IMG/VR virus record: IMGVR_UViG_3300044846_003114
Span: 67,213 to 131,212 of that record
DNA from: a virus
Taxonomy: Duplodnaviria > Caudoviricetes
Strand: one strand, 5' to 3'
DNA: 64,000 bases
Shown: piece by piece, positions 10,730 through 18,905 of the stretch
Numbering within the stretch: the stretch's first letter is position 1
How the letters are laid out: each line of letters starts with the position of its first letter
The notes under the pieces: model-generated
The model's database searches: none
What the model saw: only the letters and a program-made list of their open reading frames with translations
What the model was told of the DNA's origin: nothing
Made by a program: the position numbers and the translations under genes

Positions 10730-11068
10730 CTAACTTTCAATCAACCTATCAATAACATCAACTAATTCATCAAACATAATGTCGTGGTCAATTGTTTCAA
10801 CAACAACCATCATATCGTTCACTAATCGGACTTCATAATAATCTAAACCATTTAATGTAATCAATACGAATTGTTTCCACTTCGCACCCGTTACTTTCAA
10901 TAGAATACCTTTAACATAACCATCCTCCGTTAAACCTATACGGATAAGTTTTGTTACACCCCAACACATAAAAGGAATACCCCCTTGTGTTTTGTACAAT
11001 ACATACATAGTGTCACTGGGGTTAAACTCTCGTACCCCCAAACTGGAAAGTTTTTGTTCCGTTGTCAT
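10730..11068 (-). CDS. hypothetical early protein
   Basis: single-gene cassette. Confidence 0.75.
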   Translation of the reverse strand: MTTEQKLSSLGVREFNPSDTMYVLYKTQGGIPFMCWGVTKLIRIGLTEDGYVKGILLKVTGAKWKQFVLITLNGLDYYEVRLVNDMMVVVETIDHDIMFDELVDVIDRLIES

Positions 11069-11738
11069 ATCATTTTGTTTTTAGTGTATACAAATATAAC
11101 GCTATTACCGGATTATTCCAAACTTTTTCTGTTAAATTTTTGTGAAGGTGAGGTTCACCAGAAATATATTCCTGGGGTACACCCCAGTAAGGTTTTTTGA
11201 AAAAACAAGAAAATTTTTTTTATATTGTTTTTTTAACCCAGTAAACTTTTTCGTAATGTTACAACCTTGTAATTTTAAAAAAAAGTGAAAAAAAATTTGG
11301 AGTGTACTAGAAATAGTAAAAAATCGGAGAAAAGTGAAATAACATTACTGGGTTGTAGGGAAGGATATTTTTTTTTTAGAATATAAAGATAAAAATTTTT
11401 TTTGTTGTTTACAAACTTTTTTTATTACTGGGTTAACTTTTTATGATCCCCGGACGATCATCCAAAATAAATTACTGGGGTGTGCAGTTGAGTCGTACAC
11501 CCGGATGTCGTGGAAAACATTCCTGGGGTAATAATTCTAAAATGTGCGCAGTAAAAAGTCTTAAATGTGCGCAGTACCCCAGTAAACAAAAACAACGATC
11601 AGGGAAAAAATCAGGTTTCCTTCCAAAATAACCCAGTAAGGTTTCTTGTAATGTTACAGTGTGAGGATGATGAGTGGGAGAAATAAAAAACCCCCACCAT
11701 TTCTGATGAGGGTTTGGGGGAGGGGGAACACTAATCTT

Positions 11739-11858
11739 TTATCTCCACAAGTTCACTTTACCAACAACACAATGAGGTGTCTTCGGTCTGTGATGACGAT
11801 TCACAACACAAGATGAGAACAATACGATGACCATAATTAAACTGAATACTTTTTTCAT
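11739..11858 (-). CDS. small putative lipoprotein (39 aa, not in ORF track)
   Basis: MKKVFSLIMVIVLFSSC lipobox. Confidence 0.6.
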   Translation of the reverse strand: MKKVFSLIMVIVLFSSCVVNRHHRPKTPHCVVGKVNLWR

Positions 11859-11863
11859 TTACT

Positions 11864-12067
11864 TTATTTTAATTCTTGTTCGGGTAAACTGATGATTAAT
11901 AACAACACACCAAATAGGAATACGATAGTCCATAGACCACCTATCCAATTTAAACTACTACCAAATTGAATACTTCCGTCTGTAAACAAACCGAGGAATA
12001 GGAGTAGGGAACATACCGATATCAATGTCATCCCGACATTGAACATTCTGTTGTAGGTTTTTTTCAT
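11864..12067 (-). CDS. small two-TM membrane protein
   Basis: two hydrophobic segments; ATG at 12067 downstream of promoter at 12087. Confidence 0.7.
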   Translation of the reverse strand: MKKTYNRMFNVGMTLISVCSLLLFLGLFTDGSIQFGSSLNWIGGLWTIVFLFGVLLLIISLPEQELK

Positions 12068-12166
12068 ATCATTTGTTTTTAGAACACAAAGATATAAAAC
12101 TATTTCCATTATACCAAATACTAATGTTAATGTTTTCCTAATAGATGTGGGACCTCAGGATACACA

Positions 12167-12270
12167 GGGGGGTTATTACTGGGTAGACCTCCCTATACCC
12201 ATAGGTGGGGGGTCCCCCCTCCCCGTATCCCCCCTTAATTAGGGGTTTTTGGGGGGGTCTAAACAGGGGG
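12167..12270. other. G/C-run palindromic element at the early/late boundary
   Basis: GGGGGG-T-CCCCCC, CCCCT-TAATT-AGGGG and several G5-G7 runs in otherwise AT-rich DNA. Confidence 0.7.
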
Positions 12271-12376
12271 TCAATGCCGTAACAGAAATTTTTCTGGAAA
12301 AAAAGTCAAAAAATGGACTTTACCTCCTAAAGTAGAAATAAAATTTTCCAGATTTTTTTTAAGATATTTATATCAT

Positions 12377-13015
12377 ATGAAACTATTAGACACTATATAC
12401 GAATCCGTTCTATTAGAATACTCACATAAACTCATTGACCAATTGGTAGATAGGTTTAGTGAGGAGGGTGTAGATCCCGAAGAAGCGAGGGAGTATATCA
12501 ATTTGTTTCATAGGTTTTCTCAAGGACTCGATCCTGACAAAAGGGATATCACCAAGTATTCGTGGGACGAACTATATAGAACCGTTAATGATAAGAAAGA
12601 CAATAGAAGAATTAAGGCGGGGAAAATCGGGGACAAGAACATAGATAAAGATGATGTTGTTTATGGTAAGGATGGTGTGATGATATACAGAGGGGACAGT
12701 AAGGAGAAATGTATTAGATATGGTAATGGTTACAATTTATGTATATCTTCAAGAGGAGATGATAACAAATATGATGAATATACTCATGTAACTAAAAATT
12801 ACTATTTTATATTCAACAATAACTTAGATAAGGATGATCCGTTACATTTAGTTGTTATACAGAGACTTTTATATCCTTTAACACGTGATTCAAGTCCGTA
12901 TGTATTATGGGATGCCGAAAACAGGTTGATGTTTCCTGTAGACAAATTACCAAGTTTCAATACAATCGAATTGATACTACCTTGGTTAGAAGGACTTGAA
13001 CATATCTTCGTATAG
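12377..13015 (+). CDS. hypothetical protein with MKLLD leader; shares a domain with 26157-27923
   Basis: IY...K.KC..YG...LCISS....Y..Y....YYFIF pattern. Confidence 0.75.
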   Translation: MKLLDTIYESVLLEYSHKLIDQLVDRFSEEGVDPEEAREYINLFHRFSQGLDPDKRDITKYSWDELYRTVNDKKDNRRIKAGKIGDKNIDKDDVVYGKDGVMIYRGDSKEKCIRYGNGYNLCISSRGDDNKYDEYTHVTKNYYFIFNNNLDKDDPLHLVVIQRLLYPLTRDSSPYVLWDAENRLMFPVDKLPSFNTIELILPWLEGLEHIFV

Positions 13016-13126
13016 TAAAATTAGAACTATATTTCTAATTCCTATACATTCGGGGGGTAAAAACCTATAATTGGAAATATATTTCTAAAAGTGAAATAAA
13101 AATTTTCCAGAAATTTTCAGGGAATT

Positions 13127-13633
13127 CTAATAATCGAACAATACCATATTGTTTTCTTCATCAATACCAAGGTTACTTAGGTGGAAATCTAATAACACCA
13201 AACCTCCCAACTTTAACATATTGAACTCTTGGATAATCCCAAGTATATTACCATATAAAACATCGTTGTCTTTAACTTCTTCTGATAAGTCATTTTTCTG
13301 ATTAACTATATGAGCCATGATGTTACTCGAATGTTTTTTAACAATATTCGCCACATCCATAAATTCAGGTACATCTGTGATAAGTTTATACTTGTGTTTT
13401 ACTATAATGTATCTATCCTCATCAAATACGTTCTTCCCCGTCTTTTTCATGGAATATATCTTGGGGAAGTGTTTCAGGTTACCCTTGAATTTTAAAATTC
13501 TCTTTGATACTAATATTTCGGTGTCATCCTCGGTTAGTTTGTATATCTTACCGTTCTTTTCATATACCGACCCCCAATTACCTTTTCCTATTTTCTCGTA
13601 GTGGGATTCCTTTATTATGTCTATTAGTTTCAT
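13127..13633 (-). CDS. minimal protein-kinase-like fold protein
   Basis: Gly loop IGKGNWGSVY, YKLT lysine, catalytic DFHLSN, metal-binding LFD. Confidence 0.75.
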   Translation of the reverse strand: MKLIDIIKESHYEKIGKGNWGSVYEKNGKIYKLTEDDTEILVSKRILKFKGNLKHFPKIYSMKKTGKNVFDEDRYIIVKHKYKLITDVPEFMDVANIVKKHSSNIMAHIVNQKNDLSEEVKDNDVLYGNILGIIQEFNMLKLGGLVLLDFHLSNLGIDEENNMVLFDY

Positions 13634-13737
13634 GATTTATAAATATTAATGGTAAATTTTTTAGAATATGAGTACACAATATTCGTAAAATAAACTACAT
13701 TTTAAAAAAACATGGACATAGATGTCCGAAATACATT

Positions 13738-15153
13738 ATGAAAATCAACGAACTTTACGAAACAGTAATTAATTATCAAACACAGAACAGGGTATTCTTT
13801 CAGAATGCCGAGAATTGGGACATTAGAAGATTGGGTGAAATGTATAAAGAAGGTGAACTAATCTTGCAGGATTGGTTTCAACGAGACTATTGTTGGAACA
13901 AACCTCAGATATGTTCATTAATGCACACCTTGCTACACACCCCAACTTTATTACCCGAGATTGTACTCATTAGAATCGGAGACAAGTACCATGTGGCTGA
14001 CGGTCACCAAAGACTTCGTAGTATTTTATTGGAAGTTTTAACCAATCCCGATTTCAAGTACTTTTCAAAAGAACTTACCGAATCAACCAAGTACTTTAAC
14101 GTGGGACCTAAGAATATGGAACTATGGAAGGAGTTTAGTAGGGAGATTGAAAGAAAAACTATTACAGTTAAAGTTATCATCAATAATAACTTGGATGAAA
14201 ATGAATTACGTAACCTCAGTTCTTATGTCTTTAAGAAATGGAATAATGGTACCGCTTTGAGCCCTGCCGAGAAGAGAGGAGCATTTCCATCCGATTTAAA
14301 CATCAATATCGTTCAAAGACTTAAGAATACCATTCCATTGGAAAAACAAATATCTCTATTGGTTTCAAGAACGTCAAGTAAGAATAAGTTTAATGAGTTG
14401 GTGGAAAAGGTTTTCTTTCACTTCATGAATCCAAACGCATTACATGACCCAAATGATGATGGGTATAGTATCATACATTCCTATTCCGAAGATGAATATA
14501 GTGGTAAATTTAAAACCTTCTATAAGTTGTTTAACGTTATGACGGATACGGTTTATAACTATACCAACTTCAATGGACATTTTGGACCAGGTGCTTGTTG
14601 TATGAGAGATGTTCTTACCTTTGTAAATGATTTATATCTTAAGAATGAAATTAAATCCTTTGATGAGTACAGTTGGTACCTTACATCTGTTCTTGATACT
14701 CTACATACAACTTATTACAATAACAAACGATTTGACGATTACCATGGAGGTAACTACGAAATAATTGATATGGAAATCAATAACACTTGGTTTAAAGGTT
14801 TCTTCTGTCATTTCGGTAAAGGTCAAGATCATAAATTCGAAAATCGTAGAACATTCCTATATGACAATAGAGAGTTGTTTGGCAAACTTATTGAGTATGA
14901 TCACCAAAGATTGTTTACACAGGTACAGAAACAAATAAAATATATTGAACAAAATAGAGTCTGTGTTGGATTCGATGGTGGCGGTTGCAGATACCACGGG
15001 ACCGAACCTTTGTCATATGGTGAAATGGAAGGTGACCATATCGTTGAACATACCAATGGAGGAAAAACGGTTATCGAAAACCTTCAAATGTTATGTATGG
15101 AATGCCATTCCGAAAAAACAAAACAATTCAATACAAAAGAAATTATTGAATAA
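13738..15153 (+). CDS. DUF262 (GmrS/ParB-like) domain + C-terminal HNH nuclease
   Basis: FQRDYCW, VADGHQRL, F..WN.G..LS..E; C-terminal GDHIVEHTNGGKT..ENLQMLC.ECH..K. Confidence 0.85.
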   Translation: MKINELYETVINYQTQNRVFFQNAENWDIRRLGEMYKEGELILQDWFQRDYCWNKPQICSLMHTLLHTPTLLPEIVLIRIGDKYHVADGHQRLRSILLEVLTNPDFKYFSKELTESTKYFNVGPKNMELWKEFSREIERKTITVKVIINNNLDENELRNLSSYVFKKWNNGTALSPAEKRGAFPSDLNINIVQRLKNTIPLEKQISLLVSRTSSKNKFNELVEKVFFHFMNPNALHDPNDDGYSIIHSYSEDEYSGKFKTFYKLFNVMTDTVYNYTNFNGHFGPGACCMRDVLTFVNDLYLKNEIKSFDEYSWYLTSVLDTLHTTYYNNKRFDDYHGGNYEIIDMEINNTWFKGFFCHFGKGQDHKFENRRTFLYDNRELFGKLIEYDHQRLFTQVQKQIKYIEQNRVCVGFDGGGCRYHGTEPLSYGEMEGDHIVEHTNGGKTVIENLQMLCMECHSEKTKQFNTKEIIE

Positions 15154-15184
15154 AATATACTTATCTTTGTAAAAACTTTATACT

Positions 15185-15307
15185 ATGTCAAAATCAAGTA
15201 CAGTACGTCCACACAACTTCCAAAGAGTTGTTAAGACCAAGAATGGTCCAGTTGTAAAGAATTGTATCCGTAAGGGTCACACCAGAACAACAAAGAAAAG
15301 AGCTTAG
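15185..15307 (+). CDS. small basic protein (40 aa, not in ORF track)
   Basis: MSKSSTVRPHNFQRVVKTKNGPVVKNCIRKGHTRTTKKRA*, preceded by TATCTTTG promoter. Confidence 0.6.
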   Translation: MSKSSTVRPHNFQRVVKTKNGPVVKNCIRKGHTRTTKKRA

Positions 15308-15334
15308 ATTTTTTCAAAATTTTAGATATTTATT

Positions 15335-15393
15335 CTAGTATACTAGCTTCTAGAGTACTAGAACTAGATAAAAGCAACTAGAATTAATACTAG
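15335..15393. repeat. cluster of seven CTAG tetramers
   Basis: CTAG at 15335, 15343, 15350, 15358, 15364, 15378, 15390. Confidence 0.85.
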
Positions 15394-15458
15394 CATATAC
15401 TGGGCACAAAATTGAAACCTTCTCAACCCGAGAGGGTTTTTTGTTGTATTTATATATT

Positions 15459-16190
15459 ATGAATAAAGACGAAGTAATCTATAACGTACAATTATGTGAC
15501 GTTGTATATAAAGACCAAAAAGACATAGACTTCAACAGTCTTGGACTAAAATCCGTTAAATGGATTGATGATAAGAAATCAGATACCCAAGCATTTGTTG
15601 CTATGAAGGGGAAGTCACTCTATGTGGTCTTCAGAGGTACTTCATCCAAGAAGGATGCTCAAAACGATGTATCCATTGACAAAGTACCATTCATCCTTGA
15701 TGGTGATAAAGTACATATTGGTTTCAAATCTTCTTGGGATGCTGTGAAGGACATTGTCCTTAAGAGTATTGATAAGATGAGTGGGTATAATAAGATTGTT
15801 GTATGTGGTCATAGTCTTGGAGCGGCAGTTGCTACCTTATGTGCTTATAACCTTTCACACGTATTTGAAGATACCGTTATTGAATGTTGTACCATAGGAA
15901 GTCCAAGAGTCGGTAATAAGACCTTTAAGAACAACTACGACGCTCGTAAGATTAAAACCCTTAGAATCGTCCATAATCACGACCTGGTGACACGTTCTCC
16001 GAACATCGGGTACTATCACGTGAATTATATGTTACGAATCGACGACGAGGGTAATATTAAGAAGTATATGATTGATTGGGAACGTGCATGGAATTATATT
16101 AAATCCGTATTCACAGGAAAGACAATTAAGGATCATATGACTGCCAGTTATATTAGTTCTTTGAATAAATGGCATGCCAAACAACCATAA
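15459..16190 (+). CDS. lipase class 3 (alpha/beta hydrolase)
   Basis: VVFRGT, VHIGF, GHSLGAAVA, GSPRVGN, DLVTRSP, catalytic DH. Confidence 0.9.
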   Translation: MNKDEVIYNVQLCDVVYKDQKDIDFNSLGLKSVKWIDDKKSDTQAFVAMKGKSLYVVFRGTSSKKDAQNDVSIDKVPFILDGDKVHIGFKSSWDAVKDIVLKSIDKMSGYNKIVVCGHSLGAAVATLCAYNLSHVFEDTVIECCTIGSPRVGNKTFKNNYDARKIKTLRIVHNHDLVTRSPNIGYYHVNYMLRIDDEGNIKKYMIDWERAWNYIKSVFTGKTIKDHMTASYISSLNKWHAKQP

Positions 16191-16191
16191 T

Positions 16192-16554
16192 ATGAAAGTT
16201 ATCATATCAGAGTCCCAATTAAGGACCATTATTGAACAACAAACCTCCAACCTTACCGTTCCCGAGCAAACCCTGTTAGGGTTCTTAAATCGGTTCCTAA
16301 GAGGGGAAGAAGGGGAGTTTCAGAATACCCCTATAGATCAGCTTAGAAAGACGATGTTGTTTAATGGTAAGACAATATACCCGATGGCACAAAAACTCCT
16401 TGAGAAGAAGAATACGGGTCGTAAAACATACGATGACAAGACCTTTAACTCCCTGTTTATGTCTATGGATAAGAACATAACAAAGGAACAACGATATGAG
16501 TTCTTTAATGAAGGTGGAACCATCACAAATATAAAGTACAGTTCACAGTTTTAA
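16192..16554 (+). CDS. hypothetical protein with MKVIISESQL leader
   Basis: ORF with shared N-terminal leader. Confidence 0.7.
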   Translation: MKVIISESQLRTIIEQQTSNLTVPEQTLLGFLNRFLRGEEGEFQNTPIDQLRKTMLFNGKTIYPMAQKLLEKKNTGRKTYDDKTFNSLFMSMDKNITKEQRYEFFNEGGTITNIKYSSQF

Positions 16555-16787
16555 TGAAACATTATCAGATATCGAGTGTAATCGAGAATAACCCCTGTGA
16601 TGATTGCAAACCTTGCTTAAGATTGAGATTAATGGATATGGGGTTTATCCCCGGACAAAAGATTGATGTGGAAAACACTAAGTTTGGTTTATACTTGGTT
16701 CATTTAAAATCCTTTAATGGTAACCACGAACAGACATTCGCTTTGAGGAAAGATGAGTTTGAACGTCTGTGTGTTATTCCCCTATAA
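16554..16787 (+). CDS. FeoA-family SH3-like protein
   Basis: LRLRLMDMGFIPGQKI...FALRKDE. Confidence 0.75.
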   Translation: MKHYQISSVIENNPCDDCKPCLRLRLMDMGFIPGQKIDVENTKFGLYLVHLKSFNGNHEQTFALRKDEFERLCVIPL

Positions 16788-16803
16788 TAATATTTATATA
16801 GAT

Positions 16804-17424
16804 ATGAAACTATCATTATACACCATTGCAGAACAAATGAATGATTTGGCCTTCGATAGAAGATACGGAACGGCGGATGCTGCAGAAAAATCTAATAAGG
16901 CGAATCGTGAATTAATTAATGCAATTGGTGGACCACATAGGGTTCTAGAAATTATGTCGATTGCAAGTATATTCATTCCAGTGGTTGGTCCATTGGTATC
17001 CATGGGATTGGGATTTATAGATTCTGCCGTTTATCTAAAAGAAGGTAAGAAGAAGGAAGCTGCGGTTGCTACAATCTTGGCCATATTACCGAAGGTTACC
17101 GAGGTGGTTGCTGCAATTCCTGCTGTAAAACAATTGGGACAAAAAGGTATGCAGGCTCTTGCAAATAAACTTGCTTCTAATATGGAACTCGGTATGCTTG
17201 AAAAACGTGCCCTTGAGGATATCGTTAGGAAAAAATCCATGGTGTATAAAGCCGTTCAGGATTATACAAAGAAAGTGGTTTATGATGGTTCACAGAAACT
17301 TGCAACTCTTCCTCCTGCTCAGCAGGTTATATTAAAGACTGTGGCCGATGCGGGTATTGGACAATTAAAGACCACGGTTAGAAGTAGTGCGGTTAGTGGT
17401 GTTGCAAATACAATGGTAAAATAA
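16804..17424 (+). CDS. hypothetical membrane-associated/virion protein
   Basis: TATTTATA upstream; SIFIPVVGP...D...Y..EG...A segment. Confidence 0.7.
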   Translation: MKLSLYTIAEQMNDLAFDRRYGTADAAEKSNKANRELINAIGGPHRVLEIMSIASIFIPVVGPLVSMGLGFIDSAVYLKEGKKKEAAVATILAILPKVTEVVAAIPAVKQLGQKGMQALANKLASNMELGMLEKRALEDIVRKKSMVYKAVQDYTKKVVYDGSQKLATLPPAQQVILKTVADAGIGQLKTTVRSSAVSGVANTMVK

Positions 17425-17533
17425 ACCTCGTATATCCCCGTTCACAGTTCTCGTACTCCGGTACCCCCGTTCGCAATTTGTGTCTCTCTATTTTTTGTGT
17501 CCCTTACTTATTTTGGGATATTTATATGTGTAT

Positions 17534-18781
17534 ATGAAATTAATTGATATTATATTTGAGAGTGTTTTAACTGAACGTATGTTATGGACTCCAGAAACTA
17601 AAAAACAAAGTCTAATAAATAACCCCGAATTAGGTAATTTGGATTTTACTAATGCTGAAGTTGTTTATAATCCCGTAATTCAAAAATGGATGGTTAGAGG
17701 TTTTTCATGTAAAAAACATCCAGAATGGACCAAGGAAGATTTTACAAAAACCATTGCGGTTGAAAAAAGGACAAGTGGATGTAGAATTTGTGGTTTGGAA
17801 TCAATTAGTAAAAAAAGATTTGAACAGAAGAAATATACTAAAGAATTATTAAGAGATATTGCGTCGAAATACGAAACAAAAAAGAAATTTGAAAAGGGGA
17901 ACCAACCCGCATATCAAGCGGCGATATCATTTGGTCCTTGTTATGATAAAACAACGGGTGAAGAGGTACCTTGTAAGTATTTTAATAAAGATAAAAATTT
18001 TACAGTATATCGACCAAATACTAAAAATACATTTGGGTTTATTGACGATATATGTTCTCATATGAAATTTGGTGGTTATTACGGGGAAAAATTTATTTAC
18101 TCATATACATTCTTTGATGATAAAAATGATATTGTTGGAATTTATGTTGGGTTAACAAATGACGAGGAAAGAAGAAAACAACAACATTTATTACCTAAAG
18201 AAAATGAGGCGGAGTCTGCCGTTGGTAAGTTCATTAAAGAAAATCCAAATTTTAGATATAAGTATAAAAAATTAACTAATATGGTTAATTTTGATTTGGC
18301 AAAAAAATTAGAATCTTACTACGAAGAAAAATATAAGAGTAAAGGATATAGAATTTTAAACATTGCTAGAACTGGTGGAGGGGGTAAAACATTTATTCCA
18401 AATGAATATTATATAGAAAAAGCACAAAAATGGGTTAAAGAAAAATTAGTTAAAGGAGAGGTTCCATATGTGGGTGACTATAATTTATACGACCATACCA
18501 ATTATAAATCAATTAGGGCTAAAAAATTAATGGACTTAGCCTTTAAAGGAATGGAATATAGAGACAGGAAAAAATATTCTGATCAAGACATTATCAATGT
18601 TGCAATGTCTTGTGGTTCGTATTCTGAATTTATAAAAAAATATAAAAGTACCTTTGCTCAACAAGCAAATAGAAGATTTATGTTAGACGATATTAAACAA
18701 ATGTTTAAAGACGGACTTAATAAAATAGAAAAAATAAACGGATCCAAACTATCGTTTAAAAATATATTAAAACAACTATAA
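17534..18781 (+). CDS. GIY-YIG homing-endonuclease-like protein
   Basis: FIYSY...IYVGLTND.ERRKQQH...E...Y.ILN plus zinc-ribbon CRIC; MKLIDIIFE leader. Confidence 0.75.
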   Translation: MKLIDIIFESVLTERMLWTPETKKQSLINNPELGNLDFTNAEVVYNPVIQKWMVRGFSCKKHPEWTKEDFTKTIAVEKRTSGCRICGLESISKKRFEQKKYTKELLRDIASKYETKKKFEKGNQPAYQAAISFGPCYDKTTGEEVPCKYFNKDKNFTVYRPNTKNTFGFIDDICSHMKFGGYYGEKFIYSYTFFDDKNDIVGIYVGLTNDEERRKQQHLLPKENEAESAVGKFIKENPNFRYKYKKLTNMVNFDLAKKLESYYEEKYKSKGYRILNIARTGGGGKTFIPNEYYIEKAQKWVKEKLVKGEVPYVGDYNLYDHTNYKSIRAKKLMDLAFKGMEYRDRKKYSDQDIINVAMSCGSYSEFIKKYKSTFAQQANRRFMLDDIKQMFKDGLNKIEKINGSKLSFKNILKQL

Positions 18782-18782
18782 T

Positions 18783-18905
18783 ATGGGAACAGCTCCAAAA
18801 AAAACACGTGCAATGAGAAGTGTACGTTCAGGAAGAAAGAAAATGGAAATCTATAAAAAGAATCAAGAAATTCTTAAGAAGTATTTGAAATTGGCTAAAG
18901 GGTAA
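18783..18905 (+). CDS. small basic protein (40 aa, not in ORF track)
   Basis: MGTAPKKTRAMRSVRSGRKKMEIYKKNQEILKKYLKLAKG*, translationally coupled on both sides. Confidence 0.65.
   Translation: MGTAPKKTRAMRSVRSGRKKMEIYKKNQEILKKYLKLAKG

Larger units (their letters stand above)
199..12094 (-). promoter_or_regulatory. set of ~13 Bacteroidota sigma70-type promoters (-7 TAnnTTTG, -33 TTTG), one per early cassette
   Basis: + strand CAAA(T/G)ATA at ~199, 1577, 2323, 3618, 4140, 4719, 5610, 7234, 8198, 9132, 10359, 11091, 12087; most have CCAAA (TTTGG on -) ~20 nt further upstream and an ACACTAAAA-like leader; matches the established Bacteroidota consensus. Confidence 0.85.
284..12183. repeat. dispersed TTACTGGG/CCCAGTAA octamer arrays in 14 intergenic spacers
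   Basis: about 45-50 copies by manual count, e.g. 284, 335, 347rc, 1761, 1783rc, 2410, 2431rc, 2551, 2563rc, 4208, 4270rc, 8275, 8326, 8342rc, 10446, 10494, 10510rc, 10567rc, 10625rc, 12176; no exact copy noticed beyond 12.2 kb. Confidence 0.95.

Noticed and set aside
255-11631. ORFs in spacers containing YWG (255-446, 1527-1757, 2346-2641, 7372-7626, 8189-8425, 10249-10485, 11443-11631)
   Set aside because: YWG is simply the translation of TACTGGGG; these ORFs cross promoters and terminators or run antisense to real genes
240-12190. CRISPR array or integron attC sites as explanation of the repeats
   Set aside because: The conserved unit is only 8-12 bp and occurs in both orientations; there are no 25-45 bp direct repeats with uniform spacers, no GTTRRRY/RYYYAAC cores, and no cas or integrase gene in the window
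17425-17480. C-rich CCCCGTTC duplicated segment
   Set aside because: Only two short copies and no clear structure; insufficient evidence
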